Below, piece after piece: positions 55,402-64,000 of a DNA stretch of 64,000 bases. The notes under the pieces were generated by a model, which saw only the letters and a list, made by a program, of their open reading frames with translations, did no database searches and was not told the DNA's origin. Every line of letters begins with the position of its first letter. Positions within the stretch are counted from its first letter, which is position 1. The position numbers and the translations under genes are program-made. Origin of the DNA: an uncultured Planctomycetota bacterium (GTDB lineage: Bacteria; Planctomycetota; Planctomycetia; Isosphaerales; Isosphaeraceae); contig CAWJTV010000027.1 of assembly GCA_963845755.1 (NCBI GenBank), positions 263,571 to 327,570 of the forward strand. Reading direction: 5' to 3'.

Positions 55402-58400
55402 CTTGTTAGGGACACTGCGGTTGTGGTTGTCGAAATCGACGACATAGAGCGAGACCTCGTGCGCCTTGCCGTCGGTGAAGTCGAGGTTAAAGCTCAATAG
55501 TGGTGGAGGAGTCCCAGGTCGAGGCGATCCGGCCGTTGCCGGCGGCGTTCTGCCGGCGCGGGCGTCGGTCGTGCTGGCGGCCCAGACGTAGGTGGAATTG
55601 CCGCTCGGCGAGACGGTGGGGTAGGAGGACAAGCTGGGCGTGTCGTCGATGACGTCGTAGCTTTGAGTGTCGTAAGTCCCGATCCAACTGCCCTGCGTCG
55701 TCGTGTCCGTCTTGACGACCGTGGCCGAGGAGCTTGCCGGATCGACGAAGAGGCCGCTGAGCACCGCGTTGGCGCCGGCCTCGTGCGTGATCGTGATCAC
55801 CACGTCGCCTTGCACCTTCCAATCCAGATACGCGCCACCGGTGAACGACGAGACCGTCTCGGTGTCCAGGACCGTCCCCGTCTTCGCGTCGCTGATCTGG
55901 ATCTGCTCGACCCGGCTCGGCGAGCTTTGCAGGTCGAGGAAGTACAGCTCGATATCGTGCGCCTGCCCGTCGATCAGGTTCAGGTTCACCGTGAAGCTGG
56001 TCGCGGAGTACCAGCACTCCTCGATCCGGCCGGAACCGCCCGGGTTCTGGAGCGCCTGGGGGGCGGTCGAGCTGGCCGACCAGACGTGGGTCAATTCGCC
56101 GCTGGGCGTGACGGTGGCGTAAGGGGACAGGCTGGGCGTGTCGCCGATGACGTCGTAGCCCTGCTTGCCGTAGGTCCCGATCCAATTGCCCTGCGTCGTC
56201 GTGTCCTTCTTGAGGAACGTGGCCGAGGAGGAGGAGGTCGTCGCAGCCGGATCGACGAAGAGGCCGCTGAGCACCGCGTTGGCGCCGGCCTCGTGCGTGA
56301 TCGTGATTACCACGTCGCCTTGCACCTTCCAATCCAGATACGCGCCACCGGTGAACGACGAGACCGTCTCGGTGTCCAGGACCGTCCCCGTCTTCGCGTC
56401 GCTGATCTGGATCTGCTCGACCCGGCTCGGCGAGCTTTGCAGGTCGAGGAAGTACAGCTCGATATCGTGCGCCTGCCCGTCGATCAGGTTCAGGTTCACC
56501 GTGAAGCTGGTCGCGGAGTACCAGCACTCCTCGATCCGGCCGGAACCGCCCGGATTCTGGAGCGCCTGGGGGGCGGTCGAGCTGGCCGACCAGACGTGGG
56601 TCAATTCGCCGCTGGGCGTGACGGTGGCGTAAGGGGATAGGCTGGGCGTGTCGCCGATGACGTCGTAGCCCTGCGTGCCGTAGGTCCCGATCCAATTGCC
56701 CTGCGTCGTCGTGTCCTTCTTGAGGAACGTGGCCGAGGAGGAGGAGGTCGTCGGGACCGTGGCGGCGTTGCTGAACTGCGAGGTCGCGGAGAGGCCGAGC
56801 GAGGAGGTCGCGGTGACGATCTGACCAGCCGGGACCGTCGCACTGATCGTGACGGTGAAGTTGACGTTGCCGTTGGTATCAGTCGTCACGTTCGCCTCGC
56901 CGATGTATGTCTTGCCCTGGATGGAGGCGGCCGAGGTCGAGTACGGGCTGGCGAAGAAGTCGAGGCTCAACTGGGTGCTCTTCGACGGCGAGCCGAAGAT
57001 CGAGCCCGTAATCGTCGTCTGGCCGTTCACCGAGGTCGCCGAGGTCAGTACCGGCGCCGGCTGGAGCGAGGGGTTGCCTTGCTCGAGGATCCCTCCCAGG
57101 GCGTTGTTGAAGATGTCGCTGTCGCGGAAGCTGTTGTTGGTCGCCCCGTTGGTCGTCAAGATGCCGTAGCCGGCGTTGTTGGCGATCAGGTCGAGCTGCA
57201 AGTTCGTGCCCACGACGCCGTTGACGAGCAGGCCGTCGCCGCCGTTGCCGATCGCCTTCTGGTCGGTGACGTCGGCGCCGACGGTGGTGAAATAGATGCC
57301 CGTGCCGGCGGCATCGACCTCGATGCCGTTGGCGGCATTGCCCGAGATGAAGTTGAGGGTCGCGAAGGTGCCGTTACCCGCGCCGATGGTCGTCCCCGAG
57401 GTCCCGGCGCGGACCAGCACGCCGTCGTTCGCGTTGGGCACGGCCCCGGTGCCGGCGGCGTTGGTGCCGATGAAGTTGCCGGCGATGCTGGTGCCGGAAG
57501 TCCCGCTGTCGGTCACCAGGATGCCGTTGGTGCCGTTGCCCGAGATGACGTTATACTGGGTGTAGGAGCTGGCGACCGGGTTGCCGATGGTGTTGTTGAC
57601 GGCGCCCAGGCCGACGTAGACGCCGTCGAGCACGTTGGGCACGGCGACGGTGCCGGTGTAGTCGGTGCCGATGTAGTTGCCCTCGACGACGTTCTTGTTG
57701 GCGCCGAGGCCGATGAGGACGCCCTCGTTCGAGTTGCCCGAGATGACGTTGCGGGCGGCCGACGGTGGTCCCGCCGACCGTGTTGCCCGCCGCCGAGTTG
57801 ACGATGTCCAGGCCGTTGTCGGCGTTGGGGACGGCTGCGGTGCCCGCCGCGTTGGTCCCGATGTAGTTGTTCTCGACCGTATTGTTGTCCGTGTTCGGGT
57901 CGCTGATGTACACGCCCCAGGTCTTGTTGCCCGAGATCACGTTGTTGTAGCCGGACGACGCGTAGCCGATGAAGTTGCTGGAGGACTGGCCTGAGATGAG
58001 GACGCCGTCCCCGCCGTTGCCCAGGGCGACCTTGCCACCGGCGGCGAGCCCGATGAGGTCATTCACGACGGCGTTGCTGTCGGTATTCGTCCCGGTGAGG
58101 CTGACGCCGTTGCCCGCGTTGCCCGAGATGATATTCGGGCTGTACCCCACGAAGCCGACATAGTTACCGGTCGCGCCGGAATTGACGGCCACGCCGTCGC
58201 CGGCGTTGGGCAGGGCATTCGCGCCGTTGATGTCGGCGCCGATGTCGACGCCGAAGATATCGTTGTAATCGCTGCCGGAGATCAGGACGCCGTCGCCGCC
58301 GTTGTTCGAGATGACCTCCGGGGCCGAGGAGGTGCCGGTGACCAGGTTGCCGGCCGCGCCGGCGTCGATGGCCACGCCGCTGAGGCCGTTGCCGTAGGAG

Positions 58401-59388
58401 GCGCCGGACCCGTCGGTCGCGTGCAGTCCGGTGAGGTCGGTGCCGATGACATTGCCCTCGACGTCGTTGGAGTTCGTCGAGGTGCCGGTGATGTAGACGC
58501 CGTAGCTCTTGTTGCCCAGGATGACGTCGCGGGCGCCGGCCGTGGTCCCGCCGATGGTGTTCAAGGACGCCCCGCCGTTGATGACGATGCCGCTGCCGCC
58601 GCCGCCGTGCTGACCGTTCCCCAGCAGGTTGCCCGGGTCGTCCACGACGGCCTCGCCGGTGTTGTCCGACCCGATGATCGTGCCGCTGACCACGTTCTGG
58701 ACGGTGCCCGGGCCCGAGAGGATGATGCCGTTGTAGGAGTTGGCCGAGACGATGTCGTCGGAAAGGAGGTCGCCGGTGGACGAGCCGCCGTTCTCACTCT
58801 GGATCGTCACGCCATAGGTGCCGTTGCCCTCGTAGATCGTGTTACCATTCGCATCGGGGCCGGTTGCGTTGGCGTTGGGGTCGATGCCGACCCAGTCGTT
58901 GCTGAGCGTGACATTCGAGGCGTTGTCGACGAGCACGCCGCCGGAGTTGAACCCGTCGATGGCCAGGGCCTTGACCTGCGTCCCCGAGGCGGTGATGTCC
59001 AGGCCGATGGCCGAGCCGCCCGCATAGTTCCCGATGAGCTGGACGAACGGGTGGGCGCCGTTGTAGCTCAGTTCGGTGGTCCCGTCGACGATCACCGGCT
59101 GCGTGATCGTCGGCAACTGGGACTGGAGCTGGATCCGCGCGACGTTGACGAGGCCATTGAAACTGATGACGTTGGGGTTGGTCGCCGTGGCGGCGGTGTT
59201 GTCCGAGTTGATGATGGCCTGGCGGAAGCTGCCACCTCCGCTGTCCGCTGAATTGTCGACGTAGAAGGTGTCAACAGGAGCTCCCGGGTCTCCAGGTGCT
59301 CGATCCCGCAGCGTCTGCGGAGCCGGGCGCGACGGGAAGGAGTGGTGGACCGGGCGGGGCGCAGCAGGGCATACCACGGCGTCTTCAT
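55396..59388 (-). CDS. Large secreted parallel beta-helix protein with planctomycete leader and tandem 170-aa C-terminal domains; frameshifts near 59270 and 57760; C-terminus truncated
   Basis: RRRCGIEHLETRELL leader; repeated GNxIGTxxxG..NVISGN motifs; repeats DTTTQGNWIGTYG..NAVLSGLFVD. Confidence 0.85.
55734..56753 (-). repeat. Two near-identical 510-bp intragenic tandem repeats (plus a diverged partial third copy at 55396-55733)
   Basis: GGCCGAGGAGGAGGAGGTCGTCG recurs at 56221 and 56731; only a few substitutions seen between copies. Confidence 0.9.
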
Positions 59389-59812
59389 GGTGGGAGTCCT
59401 CTCGGCGCGGCCGGCGACCGGATGCGGCGCAGGTGAACGACACCTGCGTCCGCACGACGACCCGAAGTCCGCGATGATGTGTCGCGAGGCCGGTTATGTG
59501 GAAGGATGACCGGTGTCGGGGTTCTTTCCCACCGCCCGGTCGGGCCTCGGTACACCTTGTAAATGGTCGTGCCGCACCTCGACCGGACACCATCCGTCAA
59601 GATTCCTTTCCCGCGACCCCGGGAAGCCCGCGAGAACACGGGCGTCGCGGCGGAGCCCCCGACTTTAGTCTTGGGGGGAGCCGCCCCTTGTTATGACGAT
59701 TGGATTCTGACACGATAGGACTAGCCGGTGATCCTTCGGGACAGTCCGGTGGCCGGAAGGCCGGGCCGCCGTCAAGCGTCCTATCGTCGTCCGTCTCGGG
59801 AAGGGGGAAAAA

Positions 59813-60556
59813 GGGGAAAAAGGGGACATAACGAATTACTCCAGCTTCTTAGGACGGCCTCGCCCCCGCAGGGTGAATTCCAGTCCCAATCTCCCGGCCG
59901 TCTCCCGGGTCCACGTTTCATCACCGTACGGTCGCCCCCGTTCCACGGACAGTCTGAGCCGCTGAAGATCCCCCGCCGATAACGGCTCATTGACTCGCTC
60001 CAACCACCGCTCATCCCGAACCGGAACCACCCCACTCCACAACAGCCGATCACCGCGGAGCCACCCCGGTAGGCTCGACCATTTCCAGTCCTCCGCTCGG
60101 GACACCAGTTCCGCCCGCAAGGCGTTGCGCTCCACGTAGCGAACCACGCCGATGAGATGGTCGTCGTCTTGCACCGGGAACGCTTTGAACCGCCCCTGCC
60201 AGACGTGGCCCGTGGTCTGATAGTGCCGATGATAACGCCGGACGTGAGCCATCAGCAGCCACTGCATCCACCGCCCGAGATCGCCGTCGGCCTGCGTCCG
60301 GAGCACCAGGTGGAAGTGATTGGGCATCACGCAATAGCCCAGCAGGTCGAACTCGGAGGCGCGCTTGGGCATCGGCGATGGCCTTGACGAAGGCGTCATA
60401 GTCGGCCGGTTTGTGAAAGACCTCCTCGCGACGGTTGCCGCGATTGAGCACGTGATACCAGGTGTCAGCGACCGAAGCTCGTGCGGTTCTGGGCATCGCC
60501 CCATCATAACAGAGAGAGCCGGGTCCACGCAGTATTCGTTATGTCCCCTTTTCCCC
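59813..60556 (-). mobile_element. RAYT unit 1: Y1/HUH transposase gene tightly bracketed by inverted repeats
   Basis: GGGGAAAA(A)GGGGACATAACGAA at 59813-59835 and its reverse complement at 60535-60556. Confidence 0.7.
59836..60496 (-). CDS. REP-associated tyrosine transposase (Y1_Tnp), frameshift near 60355
   Basis: MPRTAR..YHVLNRGNRREEVF, YCVMPNHFHL (HUH), GHVWQGRFK, YVERNALRA..WKWSS, RGRGRPKK. Confidence 0.92.
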
Positions 60557-60609
60557 CTACGCTGGTGGTCTCGGTGGTCGTTTCGGAATCGGTCGAGTCG
60601 GTGGGGAAG

Positions 60610-60654
60610 AAAGGGGTCAGGAGCCAAAACGCAGAATCGGCTCCTGACCCCTTT
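60610..60654. repeat. REP-like hairpin with GGGGTCAG core
   Basis: AAAGGGGTCAGGAGCC-AAAACGCAGAATC-GGCTCCTGACCCCTTT. Confidence 0.8.
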
Positions 60655-60882
60655 GATCCGTCCAACAACGGTGGCTCCCGCGAGCGAAGATTTCGGGGCT
60701 CGATCGCACGGCATTGGGACCCGCTGTCTACGCTTCGCAGTGGCGGTCGCCCGTCACCACGCAAGACTCGCTTCCGGCTGCTGGCTAGGCTCTGCCGGGT
60801 GGGATTCGTTCACCCACAGGGTTGCCATGAAAGGTTTCCGAGTTCGAGTCTCTTCCTCCCTTCTCGAGCTTACCTGACGCTA
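60655..60882 (-). ncRNA. 5' fragment (domain I) of a bacterial group II intron; no RT ORF or domain V/VI seen
   Basis: Minus strand reads (TA)GCGTCAGG..AAGCTCG..GGAAACCTTTC..AACCCTG..AATCCC..CCGGCAGAGC..GCCAGCAGCCGGAAGCGAGTCTTGCGTGG..GGGCGACC..TGCGAAGCGTAGACAGCG, recognised by eye as a group II intron 5' end. Confidence 0.65.
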
Positions 60883-60906
60883 TGACACCATTTATTCCCC
60901 TACTGT

Positions 60907-61222
60907 TTAATCCCGCTTTCCCCCTTTTGCGCCCGAGCTTGAGAGAAGGAAAATCGGAACGTCGGCTCCATCGACACTATCGTCAACATAAACGAGCATC
61001 AATCCTTGCAATTGAGCATCAGTCGTTGTCAAGGCATCCGGAAAGCCAAATTCGACATCACCGTACTTGTAGATGGACGGAGCATAATATTCCGGTTGTG
61101 GGAAGCTTATATCATCCGGTGTCGCCAAGTGTGTTCTGCAATTCCGTTCGTGTCATGCCGAGCCTGACCCGACCGCCCTCGATCAAGCTCGACACGAGGT
61201 CAAGTTTTCGGATCATACTCAC
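60907..61222 (-). CDS. Small putative immunity protein (frameshift near 61120)
   Basis: GTGA overlap with upstream stop; RLGMTRTELQNTLG.PDD..IYKYGDVEFGF; lower GC than flanks. Confidence 0.55.
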
Positions 61223-62752
61223 GCACCCCCCAATGCTTCCAGGGCCAATCGCACCTGTCGCAGCTCCTCGGCTCTTCGAACCGCTAGTTCCGAACCCTCC
61301 CCTCGGAGGTATCCCTCTGCACGTAGAGCGGTTCTTAGCAATTGCTGTCTAAAAGTGGCATTCTCTGCTAGCAACTTCTCAGCCTCTTTGATCGCCGGAC
61401 CAGCCATCTTGGCCTGCGAACTGAACGCTGGCTCGAAACCGACACCTCCAGCCCTCGGTACTACCCTCAACTCTATGCTCTTGACCTTGAAGTGTAGGCC
61501 CTTTACGGCATAGTCTTGAGCAACCGGTGAAATCTTTATAAATGGGGGCAGCCACCGGCCTTAATGCCGGCTTGGCCCGCAGTGGCGCCATTAAGAACCT
61601 CGTCTGGGTCACCTGAAAGAAGTCGCCTTCCCCCCGCAATCACTCGTCCCGGTGGCGTCTGGCTGACGACTGCCTCAGCCGTCTGCTTGCCCATGTGGGT
61701 TATCATGTTGACGGCATTCTGTCCAGCTACTTGGCCATTGATCCCCCCGTACCTTGGCTGTTCTCGAACATCATATATTGTCGATGGCTCGGTTGGAGCG
61801 GAGTTGCCGTAGTAGACCCCGCTAGCTTGGTCAGCTTGTTGATTCGCCAAGATCTGCTCATCAAGTTTTTGGCCCCTCGCGAATTCGGCGTCTTGTGCCG
61901 ACTTGGTAAATGGATAATAAATAAGGTTTCCAGAGTCCCGCAAGGAAACCGCCGCCGAGAATTATCGGCGACCTCGTGGCCTCCGCCGGGCGGGTCAACT
62001 ACCTCGCTGCCGACGGTGGGGATGGTGATGTCGGTGGGGTTTCGTCCGGCGGCGGCCAGGGTCGTCAGCGTCGCCGTCGGCGACGGCGGGGCACTACGCG
62101 AGACGCCGTCCGGCGCCTTTCGGTCTAGGGCCATGTTGTTCAGGTCGGTAACTTCCTGAGTCGGCAGGCCATTGGCGGTCGCGGCGTTGGTGTTCGGGGT
62201 GAAGCCAAAAGACTGATCGTAGACGATCTTCCCTAATGCTACCGACCCCCCCCGTAGGGCCCCGCAGACTCGGGAGCCGTGAAGTCGCCTTCTAAAAAGT
62301 CTGAAAGATAAATACTATCAGAATTCGATTCCGGACCGACCTCGTAGGGTCCTACCGCCCTCGAACGGATAAGTTGGTCTTGTATATCCAATAGTATACC
62401 ACCGTATGCGGCGCTCACCGGTGACACAGTTCCGGCACTCGAGAGGCCGGAACGCCCCCCCAGAAGCCAGATTCCGAGCCGTCGGTCTCACCCAACACGG
62501 CGTCAACACTCCCTCATGAATCCCGTGACATCGTCACCCGATTCAAATATTATATATAGGTCGTCTATAAATTCATATGTAGAAGCGCAGTCCACTGGTT
62601 CGAAACCCGCCCTCGGGCCAGCTAGCGTCCCCTGTGATATTATCCAAGAAAGAGCCGGTGTCTACGTCCGACATGGACGAGTAGCCGTCGCTTGTCGTAG
62701 CGCAACCGCCATCTTCCGTCAAGGAGGTGCTTTGCCAGTCGTCGCTTGCTCC
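61219..62752 (-). pseudogene. Orphan C-terminal part of a large secreted polymorphic-toxin-like protein
   Basis: Ser/Thr/Asp-rich reading with no start codon, then IKISPVAQDYAVKGLHFKVKSIELRVVP..LRQVRLALEALGGA*; several frame breaks; coupled small downstream gene. Confidence 0.45.
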
Positions 62753-62753
62753 A

Positions 62754-62904
62754 GGGAGGTCGGGTCAAGGGAGGTCGGGGTCAGGGAGGTCGGGGTCAGA
62801 CCAGGTTTCGGGTTTTTCCCTGGCGTCGCGAAGGTTGGGATGTTACCATCCCGAGGATGCCACAGGGAGGTCGGGGTCAGACCAGGTTTCGGTTTTTTCC
62901 CTGG
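62754..62904 (+). repeat. GGGAGGTCGGGGTCA tandem array and doubled left inverted repeat of RAYT unit 2
   Basis: GGGAGGTCGGG(G)TCA x4; CGGGGTCAGACCAGGTTTCGG(G/T)TTTTTCCC at 62791 and 62872. Confidence 0.85.
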
Positions 62905-62934
62905 CTCTGGACGGTCGTGATGTTAATCACGGGC

Positions 62935-63988
62935 ATGCCACGACGACTCCGAATCCAATACCCCGGCGCGATCTACCACGTGATGGCCCGCGGCAACGGT
63001 CGCCAGGACATCGTGCGCGATGACGCGGATCGCGACCGGCTCCAGCAGGAGTTGGGCCGGGCGGTCGGGCGTTGCGGCTGGCGCGTCTACGCGTTCGTGA
63101 TCCTGTCGAACCACCTCCATGTGGTCCTCAAGACGCCGCAGCCCAATCTCGCCCGCGGCATGCAGGCGTTCCTCTCCGCCTATGCCAACGCCTCGGCGCG
63201 ACGACATCGGTTTTGCGGCCATGTCTTCCAGGGGCGCTATCGGGCCGAACTGGTGGAAGACGAGACCTACCTCTGGACGGTGACGCGGTACGTGCACCTC
63301 AACCCGGTCCGCCCCGCTTGGTGGAGCATCCCTCGGCCTGGCGGTGGTCGAGTTATCCCGGCTATGCCCATCGCGGCCGCCGGCTTGAGTGGGTCGCGTA
63401 TGACGAATTGCTGGCGTCCTGGGGTGGCGAGTTCGGTGGTTCGGATCCGGCCGGGGCGTACCGACGGTATGTGACCGCCGGGTTGGTGGAGCCTCCGCCC
63501 TCGCCGTGGTCGGAGGCTCGTCAAGGCTGGATCTTGGGGAGTCTTGAGTTCGTGGCGAGGCTGGGGAGCTGGTACGTGGTGCCCCGCCGCGGGTGCTGCG
63601 TCGCGAATCGCGATTGATCCAAGGAGTCGAGTTGGAAAGGGTTTGCGAGGTGGTCTGTCGGGAGTATCGAGGTGGAGTCGTCGGAATTGAGCCGGCGTGG
63701 GAACTCGGCATGAGGCGCGGGCCGCATTGGCGTACCTGGCGCGCCAGCACACGGTGGCGACCCACGGGGAACTGGCCGCGTTGCTGGGCGTGTCCCGCGC
63801 CGGACAGCGTACCGAATCTGACGCGGCGGTTCGCCCGGTGGCTGGCTGAGCGAGACGACGTCCGCGAGCGTCTCGGCGTGTTGGAGGAGCAGTTGCGGTT
63901 GCTTCAGGTCTCGGCTACCCGAAAAAACCTGAAACCTGGTCTGACCCCGTCCTTCCTCCGTCTCGAAAAAACCAGAAACCTGGTCTGA
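62935..63988 (+). CDS. REP-associated tyrosine transposase with C-terminal helical (DnaA-C/HTH-like) extension; several frameshifts
   Basis: MPRRLRIQYPGAIYHVMARGNGRQDI, ILSNHLHV (HUH), GHVFQGRY, YVHLNPVR, WSSY; C-terminal ALAYLAR..ELAALLG. Confidence 0.88.
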
Positions 63989-63993
63989 CCCCG
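63921..63993 (-). repeat. Doubled right inverted repeat of RAYT unit 2
   Basis: AAACCTGGTCTGACCCC at 63932 and 63977, reverse complement of the left repeats. Confidence 0.85.
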
Positions 63994-64000
63994 ACTGCTG

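Noticed and set aside
55734..56753. Diversity-generating retroelement template/variable repeat pair
   Set aside because: Copies are in-frame tandem domains with only a few differences, and no reverse transcriptase is in the window
62754..62904. CRISPR array
   Set aside because: Repeats are adjacent or only two copies, without regular unique spacers, and no cas genes are present

Overview
GC-rich bacterial window that reads as a planctomycete, most likely Isosphaeraceae-like. This is inferred from an ECF sigma factor with a long C-terminal extension, a planctomycete-type 'RRR..IEHLETRELL' secretion leader, signal-peptide/Hint proteins, a PEP-CTERM protein and an ISAzo13 element. Many genes, including cysS, nadC and fumarase, carry single-base frameshifts, so most breaks are probably consensus (long-read) indel errors rather than biology. 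Layout: 0-6.3 kb PadR regulator, csrA, ispF-cysS-ruvC and an esterase; 7-22 kb an accessory envelope/acyl cluster (polysaccharide deacetylase, GT2, two GNAT-like proteins, citrate-lyase-beta-like enzyme, two adenylate-forming enzymes, MDR oxidoreductase, class I fumarase, SDR, an ACP and a hidden degenerate ACP copy); an ISKra4-like IS with clear TIRs and a 9-bp TSD; 24-36 kb TPR, MFS, glycosyltransferase, a CobB-like probable pseudoenzyme, birA and nadC; 36-46 kb two tandem secreted Hint-domain proteins ending in VHDN plus a conserved tail, then a divergent ECF sigma/secreted protein pair; 46-54 kb beta-CASP nuclease, Uma2 remnant, PEP-CTERM protein and a membrane/TPR gene cleanly split by ISAzo13 (TSD TTA); 54.5-64 kb a mosaic of a HEPN remnant, a truncated beta-helix surface protein with 510-bp repeats, two REP-associated tyrosine transposases (RAYT) each bracketed by its own inverted repeats, a group II intron 5' fragment and an orphan toxin-tip/immunity-like pair. 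The most intriguing signals are (i) fragment breakpoints in the last 10 kb coinciding with GGGG(T/A)C-core palindromes that also bracket the RAYT genes, and (ii) the Hedgehog-like architecture of the tandem Hint proteins. No rRNA, tRNA or CRISPR array was seen.
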